A DNA stretch of 64,000 nucleotides from Eledone cirrhosa. Its lineage: Eukaryota. The stretch covers positions 186,744,001 to 186,808,000 of the forward strand of contig OZ024742.1 in assembly GCA_964016885.1 (NCBI GenBank). The letters run 5' to 3'. The translations under genes and the position numbers were made by a program. Below the pieces are notes generated by a model. That model saw nothing but the letters and a program-made list of their open reading frames with translations. It made no database searches and was not told the DNA's origin. Below, piece after piece: positions 1-12,802 of the stretch (within the stretch, counting starts at the first letter, position 1; each line of letters begins with the position of its first letter).

Positions 1-2253
1 TAGCAGCAGTAGAGGAGAATGGCAGGTGGAGAAAGTCGGTGTGTCAGTGTGTGCGGAAGTGCAGTGGACAGGGGAGAATATGGGTAGGTGTGAAAGGTGA
101 AGTGGGGAGGGGGTCATACGGGAGGAGGGTGTGTGTATTAGTAGAGGTGTTAGTGGGATGTGTGTGTGTGTGTGTGAAGGGGTGTGGGTGGAGCGGGGAG
201 AAGGAGAGAAAGTTGTGGAGGGAGTGTAGTGTACTGGTGCGTGTGTGCGTGTTTGGGTGAGTGTATGTGTGGTGAAGGGGGTGTTAGTGGGTGTTAGTAT
301 ACTGGTGGTGGGGAAAGGATTAAATGCGGGTGTGTATGTGGGGGTCAGTGGTGGTAGGGTGTGTTGAGTGGGTGGTGTAAGTGGGTGTGGGTCGGTATGT
401 GTGTTCGTGTGTGTGGTGTCAGGGGTATGTTAGTGGTATTAGTTGTGGGGGGGTGGGAGAGGATGTAGGGTAATGGTTAGTGGTGGCAGTAGGGTGTGTG
501 TATAGTATGAGTGCGTGTATATATGTACCGGTGGGTGTATGCGTGATATAGGGAGGGGGAAGAAGGGGGAGGGGGGAAATATGTTAGTAGTGTTAGTTGG
601 GGGTAGGGGGTGTTAGTATTGTTAGTTGTGGGCGGTGAAAAGGAGGAGTGTGTTAGTGGTGTTAGTGGGGGACATGTGTGTGTGTGTGGGAGGGGAGTAG
701 CAGGCCGGGGCTAAAGGAAGCTAAAGGAATAGGGGAGGGGAGTTTAGGCCGGGGGGAGTGTGGGTCTGTAGGGTGAAGATGGTGCGTTGTTCGACCCTGA
801 GGAGGGTGGCGGGTGTTCCGTCGCATTGGAGTAGGCCACAGACTGTGAGGTGGTGCGCGGAATGTCCAGGGGTGCCAAAGTGGCGGGCGATGGGGGAACT
901 CCCGCCGAGACGAATATCCCTGAGGTGTTCTGTGAAACGGTCCGCCAGGCGACGTCCAGTCTGTCCGACGTAGGTTGCGCTGCACTCCGTGCAGCGAAGT
1001 CCATAGACTAGGTTGGAGGAGGCGCAGCGGAAAGCGTGCTGGACAGAGAGAGAGTGGCCGTTGGAAGCATGGAAGGTGGTGGTGTTGGTGATGTGGGGGC
1101 AGGTGATGTAACGAAGCCTGGAAGAGGGAAGGGTACCGGGGGGGGGGAGGGGGATAGGGAGCTGCGGACAAGGAGGGTGCGGAGATTGCGTGCGCGTTTG
1201 AAGGAGTGGAATGGTGGGGATAAGAGGATGTGGGAGGTGGAGGGGTCGTACTGGAGGCGTCGGAAGAGGTGGAGGGGTGGGGTGGAGGGGTGGTAGGTGA
1301 TGGGGAAGGGGAGACGGTGGGTAGGTGTGCGGTGGCGTGGGGTGAGGGTGGTGGCGCGGTGGACAGCCCGGGCGCGAGTGAGGGCGGTGGGCACGAGGGA
1401 GGGGGGTAACCTCTGCGGATGAAATGGCTGAAAGGGCCTGGGACTCAAAGTCCGCATCTTGGCTGCAGAGGCGGCGGATCCTGAGGAGTTGGGAGTAGGG
1501 AATAGAGTGTTAGTGTGTGTAGGGTGGGAGGAGGTGAAGTCGAGGTAGGAGTAGGAGTCGTTGGGTTTGAAGAAGGCGGAGGTGACGAGGGAGTGGTGGG
1601 AAAGGTCGAAGGCGACGGAGATGTCTAAGAAGTGGACGTGGGTGGTGGAAATAGAGGTGGTGAAGTGGCGGGAGGGGTGGAAGGAGCAGAAGAAGGAGAG
1701 AAAGGAGTCGAGCTGTTCTCGGGTGAGGTTCGTGGCTCCGATACAGTCGTCGATGTAACGACCGTACAGTTCGGGCGTGGGGCCGGTGTACTGGGCAAAG
1801 ATTTGGGCCTCAACATGGCCAACGAAAAGTTTGGCATAGTTTGGGCTCTTTCTTGTGCCCATGGCTACCCCCGTGACCTGTTAGTAAAACTCACCCCAGA
1901 AGGAGAAACAGTTGAGGGTGAGGACCAGCTCGGCGAGGCGAAGGATGGTGGGGTGGAGGGGATGGGGGAGGGGGGAACGTCGAGGTAGTGCTTGAGAGCA
2001 CGTAGGCTGTCGGCGTGGGGGATGACTTGATATCTGGGGTCAAGAGGAAGGGCTGTGGGCCGGGTGGGAAGGTGAAGGAGTTAAATAGGCGAAGGGCCTG
2101 GTTGGTGTCGGAGATGTGGGAGGGGAGGGTGGTGACGAGGCGCGCGAGGATGGAGTCAAGAAAGGCGGAGATGATTTCGGTGGGGCAGTTGCAAGCGGAG
2201 ACGATGGGGCGGCCGGGGTTGTCGGGTTTGTGGAGTTTGGGGAGGAAGTAGAT
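1..2253 (-). mobile_element. Penelope-like retroelement (Neptune-type), 5'-truncated, frameshifted RT + GIY-YIG, C-rich 3' region running off the window
   Basis: Minus-strand YFLPKLHKPDNPGRPIVSACNCPTEIISAFLD, MGTRKSPNYAKLFVG, YGRYIDDCIG, HFLDI (PLE RT). At ~744-1035 FRCASSNLVYGLRCTECSATYVGQTGRRLADRFTEH...ARHF (GIY-YIG). Confidence 0.9.
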
Positions 2254-2274
2254 ATATGTATATATGTATGTATG

Positions 2275-2578
2275 TTCTTCTGGTTTTATAATTTCACAAA
2301 GTTTTACCAATAGAGAGAGAGTCGGTTTCTAACATAGACACAAGACTCTCTCATTGGAATTTACTCAACATCAACTAGGTAGATATATATGTATGCATGT
2401 GTAGATATGGATGTTATTGTATGTGTGGATGTGGATGTTTTGAGTTGTATGTGTGCATGTGTATATGCTTTGTATCTGTACATGTGTATATGCAGTTATT
2501 AGATGCAACATTTTTGGAATGTTTTACATATTTTTACTGTTCCACTAATGGATTGTACTTGTAATTTCCTAACTAGTT
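2275..2578 (-). mobile_element. 3'-terminal fragment of R4/Dong-like family A, flanked both sides by (TATG)n
   Basis: Near-identical to 20907-21212 (ORF end plus 3' UTR of the full element); TATG repeats at ~2255-2274 and 2579-2705. Confidence 0.9.
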
Positions 2579-2705
2579 ATGTATGTTTGTATGTATGTAT
2601 GTATGTATGTATGTATGTATGTATGTATGTATGTATGTATGTATGTATGTATGTTTGTACGTGCATATGTATGTATGTGTTGTGTGTATGTATGTAGGTA
2701 TGTAT
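2579..2705. repeat. (TATG)n microsatellite
   Basis: Direct reading. Confidence 0.95.
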
Positions 2706-2896
2706 GAACGAATGTATATATATGGGTCTGGATGTGTAATAATAATAGGAATAGAGGAATACATAGTTTACAAATATAATGACAATATTTCTTTTTCTAG
2801 CAAAGTTGAGCAAAAAGGTTAATAAAATGGAATAATTCAATTTCAGAGCAAATATATAAAATTACTTAAACTGTATAACACGTGAACATATTAGCA

Positions 2897-2933
<37 letters not shown>

Positions 2934-3093
2934 AATGTCATTGTTAAATAATAAATAAATCAACTAATACCTTAACACTTCACACAAAGTAAAACATTTC
3001 GTTTTAATCATTTTCTAACCCAGAAAAAAGAGAGAGAAACAAAAAATGAAAAAAAAATATTTTTCATCCTAATAATCGTTTCTTTCTCCCTGT

Positions 3094-3222
<129 letters not shown>

Positions 3223-3223
3223 T

Positions 3224-3820
3224 GGTCAGGTCACGAGTTGGTGCTACTGGTAACATGTATCCCAGTACAACCTGTCCCATGGTCGGCTCGTTGGCGACTA
3301 AACTGGCAACCCCACCAAGGTTTCTTGGTGAAGAGGGTGACTTTGGACATCCTGCAGGACTAAAAACAAAACCTGTCAAAGGGCAAAGGAGCTCTTAAGA
3401 GTCAATGGCCATCCAAAATCACCGGGAGAGATGACCCCTTAGCCTTTATCAAGGCAGAATTCTAGGAGAAGGAAAACTCTGATATAATACCTGCAACCCT
3501 GATGGTATCCAATGATGTTGACTTGTTCTTCTTTTTGGTAAATATCATCTTAAGAGAATGGGACTGGCTTTGTGCAGTGCCTTTGCTCACTATAAAAGCT
3601 TCACGGCACAGGCATTACTTTATATCTGGAGAGCTCTCTGCACTTGTCGTCACAAGGTACCATGGGTCCAGAACTATAATTGTCACAAGTGTAGTGTTTG
3701 TACCAGAGTTTTCAAGTCGCTGGGTGAACTAAAAAGTCACACTCGTTCAGCGCATCGGTAGGGGTTCTCCTACATGGATATAAAGTAGTGGCCGTACTCG
3801 AAAACGAGTTGGCAGCCACT
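3224..3820 (+). mobile_element. Non-autonomous RTE-derived (bipartite, SINE-like) element, copy 1
   Basis: ~600 bp, near-identical to 19402-20016. Ends in a [23 protein letters not shown]2H2-like remnant typical of RTE C-termini, then a terminal hairpin ACTCG-AAAA-CGAGT and a (TATG)-like tail. Confidence 0.7.
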
Positions 3821-3851
3821 ATGTATATATGTATGTAAGTATGTATACAAG

Positions 3852-4075
<224 letters not shown>

Positions 4076-4394
4076 AGAACGTTATATACATATATACACA
4101 GTTCAAGAGTAACCAATCTTAAAGAGATACATGGAGATAGGAGAGGAGAAGACAGATTGGGGAATTAGTTAGAAGCCAACGCGTAAAGGCATATGCTCAA
4201 TGTGCAATATGCAGTGGAAGGCAGCAAGGTGGCTGGGTTCATTCAGAGGTTAGGTGCACAGAGCTGGAAATATTCATTAGTTGAGCAAAACAAGACCACA
4301 CATTTCACAAGGAAGACATTATTAAAAGATTGTCAACATATTTTAGTTTGATGTAAGGAATGTAGAGAATAATAATAATATTAATAATTATAAT

Positions 4395-4580
4395 TGTTTC
4401 TACTTTAGGCACAAGGCCAGCAATTACCCAGTGCGTTACTGGTACTTTATTTTATCGACCCCGTAAGGATGAAAGGCAAAGTCAACCGTGGCGGGATTTG
4501 AAGTCAGATCGTAAAGGGACGTAACTCTTCTGGAAAGCATGGCGTCCGACCCTCTACCGATACTGCCAATCCACCGCCCT
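4395..4580 (-). mobile_element. tRNA-derived SINE (family S1)
   Basis: Reverse complement of 8947-9132; 18-bp TSD AATATTAATAATTATAAT at 4377-4394 and 4581-4598. Confidence 0.92.
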
Positions 4581-4602
4581 AATATTAATAATTATAATGT
4601 CC

Positions 4603-4721
4603 GTTTACAATTGTTTCGGTACTCCATATAATATTTCTGGATCAAATGATTATAGATCATTATTGATCTGGTTCAGTTGAAAATAATTAACTTAGGTAAA
4701 CTTATAGCAGCTCATCGGAAC
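4603..4721 (-). ncRNA. Type-I hammerhead ribozyme-like motif with long stem II
   Basis: GTT-CCGATGA-(94-nt stem II)-GAAA-CAATTG-TA-AAC; palindromic stem III; core has C in place of U4. Confidence 0.6.
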
Positions 4722-5097
4722 TTCAAAATGAATATAAATTAAAATAAGGAAATAATGTTACATGAATGTAATGTTCCATATATTGGTATTTCACTATGGT
4801 GTCCTGGGTATATATATTGTCTGCCATAGTCGAGCAGTATTCTTCTGTTGAGGCTGCATAGTGTGAGATCTGCCTATGGGTAACAAGATGGCTGCCAATG
4901 GACATATTTACTTTACTAATTAGAGCGTGGTTTCAGGGGATGTAACTCCTCGAGAAATTAGAAATTGTGGGTAGTTAAGAAGTGCTAATTTTTTAATTTT
5001 TTAATTGAGAGACAATATAAGGGAGGTAACTTATAATTATCTAAGTTAGCTATAACTATTTAACTTATTAGCTACAAGTAAAAATGAGGCTAGATGA

Positions 5098-5775
5098 CTA
5101 TGTTGGGTCAAATATTCTGTTGCCGAAGGAATTAGCCCTTCAATGTTGACAGCTAATAGTTACCTCCGTTCTATCGTTAAGCGATAGAGGTCGTGATAGA
5201 GTTATGTAATATGCTTCGGTAAGACAGAGGTCACAAGAGTTCTTCGTCCATTGAATGGTTGGCCCCTAGCCAAGATATCCCATGTTAGTGAGTGTTCAAT
5301 GTTGGTTAATTTAAGGTTTTTAATGAGCCTAGCTAGAGATGTCGAACATCTGTTGTTAGGGTCTCGGAAGGAAAAAGAGTGCGCGTTATAGCGTACCTTA
5401 AAAGGGTTAGAGGTAGACCCAATATACGAGCTGGTATGCGAAGCAGTTTTAACTGTGCACCTATAAACTATATTGGGTGTCAGGCAATGTCCATTTAGTG
5501 GGCATGCATTAGGGTAACGGCAGTTGCAGTTACTTCTGCGGTTAGTGAGAGTAGGGTTGTTTAAACTAAGCGGTTGGTCAGTGCTAGAAGGATTAGATGG
5601 GGGGAGGTGTGCTACTAGAGTAAGTATTGGTGTAGTGGCGTGGTGTATTTGATGGGGGTGGTGGTACCGCGGTGTGGGAGTTATACTGTCTTAGTTTATG
5701 ATGGTTACTGAATGCGATGTGGCTAGCTAGCTTAGGTGTTGTGGAGAATGAGATTTTAGTGTTGTTTTTATTATG
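5098..5775 (-). pseudogene. Naiad-type RT-thumb end, linker and GIY-YIG endonuclease remnant
   Basis: Manual translation: KISFSTTPKLASHI...NCNCRYPNACPLNGHCLTPNIVYRCTVKTASHTSSYIGSTSNPFKVRYNAH...WDILA...CDLCLTE...LNDRTE...CQH; frameshift and stop present. Confidence 0.85.
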
Positions 5776-5830
5776 GAACCTTACATTCATGTAACATTCT
5801 TTCCTTATTTTAATTTATATTCCTTTTGAA

Positions 5831-6139
5831 TTTCCGATGAGCTGCTCTAATTTTACCAAAGTTGATTATTTTCAACTGAACCAGATCAATAATTGTTTCT
5901 ACTTTAGGCACAAGGCCAGCAATTACCCAGTGTATTACTGGTACTTTATTTTATCGACCCCGTAAGGATGAAAGGCAAAGTCAACCTCGGCGGGATTTGA
6001 ACTCAGATCGTAAAGGGACGTAACTATGCTGGAAAGCATGGCGTCCGACCCTCTACCGATACTGCCAATCCAAGATCAATAAGGATCTATAATCATTTGA
6101 TCCAGAAATATTATATGGAGTAGCGAAATAATTGTAAAC
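5831..6139 (+). ncRNA. Hammerhead-like motif (inverted copy), interrupted by a SINE in stem II
   Basis: CCGATGA 5834-5840, GCTGCTCTA pairing with TGGAGTAGC, GAAA 6125-6128, TAATTG-TA. Confidence 0.55.
5893..6072 (-). mobile_element. tRNA-derived SINE (S1)
   Basis: Same family; 10-bp TSD AGATCAATAA at 5883-5892 and 6073-6082. Confidence 0.92.
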
Positions 6140-6343
6140 AGACATTATTATTATTAATATTATTATTATTATTCTCTACATTTCTTACATCAAACTAAAA
6201 TATGTTGACAATCTTTTAATAATGTCTTCCTTGTGAAATTTGTGGTCTTGTTTTGCTTAACTAATGAATATATATATATATTTGCATATTTTTTATTTAT
6301 TTAATCACAGTTACCCTCGCGTCGCACACTAGTATATATATAT

Positions 6344-6431
<88 letters not shown>

Positions 6432-6872
6432 TGTGTGCGTGTTTCGTCTTTCCGTGTCGAAGACGACCCCGACTTCAATTCTGGGTGGAGGTTCTTTGAG
6501 TATGTGGCCAGAGGTGACTTGTGAGGCCAATCTGGGCGTGGAAACGATGTTCCCACGTGGGCAAGGTGAACGTGGCTGGAGTTGATGATTTACGCGTGGA
6601 GCCCTTCCTCTTAGCCTTCGCGAAGTTGCAGGTTTCTGTTGCGCATGTTTCCTCAGAAATGATGCTTCGCCCGGTCGGGCGATCCAGCTACCGGGAATAA
6701 TAAGAGACAAACCACATATATTTACAGTCATACTTCAACAATGAGAAGTTAACAGTAAGAATTGTATCTAAATTTAAATACAAGAACTTAATGAGAAAAA
6801 AGGTACTAAAAAAAGCTAAAATAAAAACACCCACAAAAACGACTCAGCATCCTACCCATGGAAAATATTTGA

Positions 6873-7108
6873 TTAGCTCTTTCCTTATCATATTTGTAAA
6901 GAAAGACGTAGTCTATATCATTAACTCTTTCCTTACCAAATTTCTAATGAAAGGAACTGCCAGTCATTAACACTTTCATTACCATATTTCCGATGACACT
7001 ACCTATATCATTAGAATTTCCTTTACAATATTTCTAATGAAATACTCTGCCTGTGTCATTAACGCTTTCATTACAGTATTTCTAATAAAAGACACTGTCT
7101 ATGATTTT
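6873..7108. repeat. Degenerate ~46-bp tandem repeat, 5 copies, units starting TTAAC(N)CTTT-like
   Basis: Recurring ttaactctttccttaccaaatttctaatgaaa...gtca-like units. Confidence 0.7.
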
Positions 7109-7111
7109 GAA

Positions 7112-7183
<72 letters not shown>

Positions 7184-7326
7184 TGATGACTGTATTGTAT
7201 GTAGGTATTATCTGCTACATATATCTCCGTCTACAGGCCGTATCTGATTTTTTATATTATCCGTTACACAGTTACTTAGTTTAGTACGGTGTAGAAATTA
7301 TGTATTTGTCTGTATTAGTAATATTT

Positions 7327-7507
7327 GTTTCTACTTTTGGCACAAGCCAGAAATTACCCAGTACATTACTGGTACTTTATTTTATCGACCCCATAAGGAT
7401 GAAAGGCAAAGTTAACCTCAGCGGAATTTGAACTCAGATCATAAAGGGACGTAACTCTATGCTTCAAAACATGGTGTCCGACTCTCTACCAATACTGCCA
7501 ATCCACC
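7327..7507 (-). mobile_element. tRNA-derived SINE (S1)
   Basis: Same family; 19-bp TSD GTCTGTATTAGTAATATTT at 7308-7326 and 7508-7526. Confidence 0.92.
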
Positions 7508-7851
7508 GTCTGTATTAGTAATATTTAGAGTTATTTATGAAGAGATACGTACCACCACTGCTGTCAACGCTAATTCTGTGCTTGCACTGGGAAAGTTCCT
7601 TTTAAGGACACAGGCCTGAGAAAGGTGTTTTGTGGAAGATAAGAAGTCGCCCATGAATGCTTGTTCTCGCCGGTTCTACACCAAGGAAAGACAAACACCT
7701 AGAAAGCTTGGCATCAGTGGCATCACAACTTATTTCTTCCAGTTGACTAGAACAACGTGAAATAATGAGCCCAACACAATTCACAACAAGCCATTTTATT
7801 TAATTTATTGTATCGCAATGTAAGAGTTGTCTTCCTTCCGAAAGAGATATA

Positions 7852-8593
7852 CAGGGTGTCCCAAATAATTTGACATCATTTCGCAGGCCAATAATTTTGG
7901 CAATTCTTGTTGAAATAACCTCAAATTTTCAGAGAATGTATAGAAACAGATCAAGATTTTATATTTAATGTTTTATATTTTTCTCTTTTCAGGTTGAGAA
8001 ATGCCGTTCACTTCCAAAAAAAAGTCATTTTGCGTCTTGGAATATGCTCGAACACAGTCACCGAAGATTGTGCAGCGTGCCTTCAATGCGAAATTTGGAA
8101 AAAAGTCACCAACTGGCAAAAACATTTGGACCTGATACCAAAAATATAAAGAGGAAGGCTGCTTATGCAGGGCTAAAGGATCTGGAAGACCATCATCAAC
8201 ATCAGAAGAGAAAGTCGAGCAAGTTCGTGAAAAACTCTTTCGAAGCCCCAAGAAGTACGTAAGGAGAACAAGTTTGGAAACACAGATTCCTCGAATGACG
8301 GTTTGGCGTATCCTGAGGAGCTGTTTGCTAGTTGGTGACTTTTTTCCAAATTTTGCATTGAAGGCACGCTGCACAATCTTCGGTGACTGTGTTAGAGCAT
8401 ATTCCAAGACGCAAAATGACTTTTCTTTGGAAGTAAACGGCATTTCTCAACCTGAAAAGAGAAAAAATATAAAACATTAAATATAAAATCTTGATCTGTT
8501 TCTATACATTCTGTGAAAATTTGAGGTTATTTCAACAAGAATTGCCAAAACTATTGGCCTGCGAAATGATGTCAAATTTTTTGGGACACCCTG
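7852..8593 (+). mobile_element. Tc1/mariner-derived fold-back element built from two left ends
   Basis: TA|CAGGGTGTCCC...GGGACACCCTG|TA; ~270-bp inverted arms 7852-8120 and 8324-8593. From ATG 8001: MPFTSKKKSFCVLEYARTQSPKIVQRAFNAKF...GSGRPS...RMTVWRILR (transposase HTH region, one stop). Confidence 0.92.
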
Positions 8594-8623
8594 TATATCC
8601 TGATTATACATATACACAGTGCC

Positions 8624-8779
8624 CAGTGCCGGATTTACCATTGTGCTTAAGCACAGGGCCCCGTTAGCCAAGGAAGGCCCATCTTCCTGCCAAGCATTTT
8701 TTTATCTCCTCCAGGGCCCGAGTAAAAAGCCTCATAACTTAACTAGCACAGGGTCTCATTTGTCCTAAATCTGGCATTG
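8624..8779. mobile_element. Short MITE, possibly hAT-like
   Basis: CAGTGCCGGATTTA / TAAATCTGGCATTG inverted ends (12/14); no clean TSD. Confidence 0.5.
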
Positions 8780-8946
8780 TGTGTATATATATATATATAT
8801 ATATTTGAAAAGGGAGTAAGGTTCTATACAAAACAAAGGTTATAGAGAAAAGGTGGAATTGGAAATAGCACGGAAAATATATTTAAGCATCTGGTTTTCT
8901 TTTTTTCTTCTTTGATTCGTTAAAGTAACATTATTGAAAAAATGAG

Positions 8947-9132
8947 GGCGGTGGATTGGCAGTATTGGTTGAGGGTCGGACGCCATGCTTTGACGTATAG
9001 AGTTACGGCCCTTGCCATTCTGAGTTCAAATCCCGCCAAGGTTAACTTTGCCTTTCATCCTTACGGGGTCGATAAAATAAAGTACCAGTAATACACTGGT
9101 TAATTTCTGGCCTTGTGCCTAACGTAGAAACA
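8947..9132 (+). mobile_element. tRNA-derived SINE (S1), full length
   Basis: A-box TGGCAGTATTGG, B-box GAGTTCAAATCC, core GCCTTTCATCCTTACGGGGTCGATAAAAT; TSD ATTATTGAAAAAATGAG at 8930-8946 and 9133-9149. Confidence 0.93.
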
Positions 9133-9194
9133 ATTATTGAAAAAATGAGAGGAGCAATTATTGAAAAAAAAAAAAAGCTTTATAATGTATATAA

Positions 9195-9243
9195 AATATA
9201 ACTGGTTTCGATGTATCAGTATGGACCATCTTATCAAATATTG
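9195..9243 (-). ncRNA. Degenerate hammerhead-like motif
   Basis: ATAT-TTGATAA-GATG...CATC-GAAA-CCAG-TT-ATAT; two core substitutions. Confidence 0.3.
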
Positions 9244-9254
9244 AATATTATAAT

Positions 9255-9340
9255 TAAAAAGAATAAAAAAGAATAAAAAAGAATAAAAAAGAATAAAAAA
9301 GAATAAAAAAGAATAAAAAAGAATAAAAAAGAATAAAAAA
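9255..9340. repeat. (TAAAAAAGAA)n 10-bp tandem repeat, ~8 copies
   Basis: Direct reading. Confidence 0.95.
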
Positions 9341-9750
9341 TGTTTTAAAATTTAAAATTAAGTGTTCAAAACGATCTGCTCATCTTTCTTGTTGTGATGT
9401 CTGGGTCTAAAATAGAGCCCTATATATATATAGAGAGAGAGAGGGAAATGTATAGTCATAACAGTAGTAGTAGAAGTAGTGTTGGTAAGAATACAAAGAA
9501 AAACAGATCCTTAAATATATTTACGTGCTATTTCCAATTCCACCTTTTCTGCCCCTCTCTCTCTATATATACATTTTCCCCCCAACCTTTCATCCTCCAC
9601 TTTCCCCGAATGTTATTCTTTCTCGACGAAAGACTAAAGTCCGATAGGTTGAAGCATATATTTTTATTTTCTAAGAACTGTGAAATAATAAGACTTTGTG
9701 TTATTGAATTTGCATCTCTGTGTTCGTCTCGTTTATCTTGACACAAACAG

Positions 9751-9752
<2 letters not shown>

Positions 9753-9846
<94 letters not shown>
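9753..9846. repeat. (CA)n microsatellite
   Basis: Direct reading. Confidence 0.95.
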
Positions 9847-9848
<2 letters not shown>

Positions 9849-10044
9849 GCGCACTCTCCCGCTCTCTCTCTCACACACAAACACACACATATATATATGC
9901 ATATATATTATAGAACGGTATATGAAGTATGTACGGTATGTCAATGTATCATATAATAAACATGTATATAGTTTGCTATGCGAGTTTAAGCATAACAAAC
10001 ATACAATCACACACACACACACACACGCGCGCGCATATTCACAT

Positions 10045-10469
10045 TAATAGTAGTACATTGGTTCAAATATACCACGTGACTGTTGTGATGACATCATTTT
10101 TCACTTTCTTAGCTGCCATTGTTTTGTCTGTACAATAATTGCATGGAGACACATGAGCTTGTATTTATGAGTCTTCGACTCACGATCATAAAGTCGTGAG
10201 GGATAATCTTGTACTGGCTGTCACTTAAGGCCAATGAAACAGTCATACGCTGTGAGGTTCGGATAAATTTTTGCAAATGTGTGAAAACAGACGTAAAATA
10301 ATAACTCTAAATAACTGCTGAGTATGTGAGAATTGTTAAGTGATGTGATAACGTCTTTGTTCTATAGATGTATCGTAGTATGATGAAGTTGTAAGGAAAT
10401 TTGTTTTGAGGTATTTGTTATATCTATAGATAGTATATTGTTTAGAGATAATAAACGCTGTCTACTACA
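10045..10469 (+). mobile_element. Possible solo LTR
   Basis: Ends TAATAGTAGTACA ... TGTCTACTACA (imperfect inverted, CA terminus); AATAAA at 10450; CACAT on both flanks (10040-10044, 10470-10474). Confidence 0.4.
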
Positions 10470-10931
10470 CACATCAACATAACGACAATGTTAAAAGTTG
10501 TTTGACGGTCAAAAGATAAAACGCTAACAAACAACACAATGATATTATTGATAACAACTGCAACAATAACAAGCAACTAAGCCATAAAACAACTCTTGCA
10601 AGAACAATAACGGCATCGAAATTAAAAGCAATAAAAGATATAATGTTTCTCTGTGTAATGGGGGAAAAGAAAACCAACGAAACAAAAAACAAAATGAAAT
10701 CTCGAAACGGCCAAATGGCGCTAATATGGCGGAAAAGTAGTTGATAATATTAATTAAATTGACAATGATGGTGTATCAAAAGAAATTGATATAGCTACAA
10801 AGAAGGAATAATAGAAGAGTGATAGTGAGGGGGAGAGAGAGTGTATATATGAAAAGATGAAGGACACGTGATAGTTAGACCTAGCAAAAACACCCGCACA
10901 CCCACCTCACATACAAACACATATATGTGTT

Positions 10932-11150
<219 letters not shown>

Positions 11151-11716
11151 ATCTAAGGGAAGATGGAGAGGAAGAAATGCAGTAGGTAGAGGAGAAGGAA
11201 GGAACACAATTAAAATAATTCATAGTTACAAGACTGTCTGTGATATTAGATAAGTTTTATAAGAGAGTAGAATGTTAAAGTGAGATAGAAAGAGAGACAT
11301 AATAATAACTAAGCGAAATAACATATATGTCAACGGAATTGTATGTTTACGAGGGAATATTCTAATTTTCTTTATTCTTTTGCTGTTTCAATCGTTAGGC
11401 TGCGGTCAAAGACATAACAACCTTTATGGTACTGGTGCCGTGATAACATGCACCTGACGTACTCTGTAGACTAAACAAACATATTTAAGCGTGATGTGAT
11501 CCTTGGCCTGCTTAAGAAGTCAGTAGTTCTGATTAAGTACTATCTAGATCTGTTGAGACACGGAGAAATCACGCGTTACATGATGATGATGATGATGATG
11601 ATGAGGATCAAGTTTAGTACTCATTTTATAGATTCGTTTTTGTCGAGCCGCTAGATAAATTGACCTAAACATACATACAACACACACACAAACGTAAACA
11701 AATGCACACACACATA

Positions 11717-12105
11717 TTCTCTCGGATCTCAAATAATGCCCCCTCCCCCTCCACCCCCGCCCAGTTATTAAGTTTTCAGATCTTTCCCCGCCCCACGCTT
11801 TTATTCCATCCCCATCCTTATTAAATTTTGCTAATGTATCTCCGGCAAAGTTTTATTTTAAGTGGTGGCATTCCTGCGGCAATCAATTTTCTTTATACAT
11901 TAAAAAAATATTATACCTGACAAAAAAAATAATATTACAAGATATTTCATACATTATAAAATAAATAGGGTCGATTAGTTGCCCAATATGTAAACTAAAT
12001 TACTAATTCTGTTTTTTTTTTTAATCAACGCTTATTCCACTTCCCTCTTATTTCTCTAACCACATCCCACTTATTTCAACCCCCCTATTATTTGGGACCC
12101 GAGAA
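11717..12105. mobile_element. MITE with TA-flanked terminal inverted repeats
   Basis: TA-TTCTCTCGGATCTCAAATAAT ... ATTATTTGGGACCCGAGAA-TA. Confidence 0.55.
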
Positions 12106-12472
12106 TATATGGCGTGTTTCTGAAGCCATACCAAAACAGCAGACTGAATATAGGACCACACGGGAGCGCAGCGAACTCCTTGACCAGACATCCACTTATG
12201 CCACAATATGCGTAATTTAAAAGTATAAATAAATGGGATGTTTGTGATCAACACAATTGTGATATTTCTATGCGTGCACGGGGGGGGGGGGGGATATATA
12301 TAGGTGGGATATCCAGCCTTATAAACCAAGCCAAAAGAAAGCATACGAGCAGGACCTAGTCATTTGACTATCTGACCCTAACACGCGACAGCCATCTAAA
12401 CCCGGCAAAAGTGGAAAATGATGTTGAATTTTGATGAATATGATGAATATGATGACGATGATGATGATGATG

Positions 12473-12520
<48 letters not shown>

Positions 12521-12524
<4 letters not shown>

Positions 12525-12802
12525 GAAGTTCTATTTAAATTGTTGGGATACAACAAGCAAATATTTTTATAACTGATATAAAGCACTCAACAAATTATTG
12601 GAGTAAAAATACGATATATTAACAAATGGAAACTATATTTATATAACCATATTTATTTCATTATACATATTTCAAGGACATCAAGTTAAATTATGGTGTG
12701 CTTTCATCAGATAAAATATAATATAGATCAGTTTTATAAATAAATATTGACATACCCTTAAAGAATGCGACCATTTCTGAAATGCACACCATAATTTAAC
12801 TT
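12521..12802 (-). mobile_element. PLE 3'-end remnant (family PA) with hammerhead, abutting (TA)n
   Basis: Homologous to 13058-13265 and 16439-16692; short inverted re-copy of stem II at ~12784-12802. Confidence 0.75.
12656..12716 (-). ncRNA. Minimal type-I hammerhead ribozyme
   Basis: TTTTAT-CTGATGA-AAGCACACCA...TGATGTCCTT-GAAA-TATGTA-TA-ATGAAA. Confidence 0.75.

Larger units (their letters stand above)
4271..6272 (-). mobile_element. Naiad-type Penelope-like element, 5'-truncated, with inverted copy of its 3' end (inverted pLTR)
   Basis: 4271-4780 and 5772-6272 are reverse complements once the SINE in each arm is removed; GIY-YIG coding remnant lies between them. Confidence 0.85.

Noticed and set aside
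3233-3306. HDV-like ribozyme fold (CGAGTTG/CGGCTCG as P1, CTAA-ACTGG end)
   Set aside because: The P1 pairing is not kept in the 19402 or 29405 copies, whereas the three-way junction is.
3558-3761. Host C2H2 zinc-finger gene exon
   Set aside because: Lies inside a dispersed repeat just before its terminal hairpin and tail; it fits an RTE C-terminal relic, and the frame is broken in copy 2.
7973-8443. 156-aa minus-strand ORF as a real transposase
   Set aside because: Only the first ~40 aa are transposase; the rest is antisense read-through of the fold-back.
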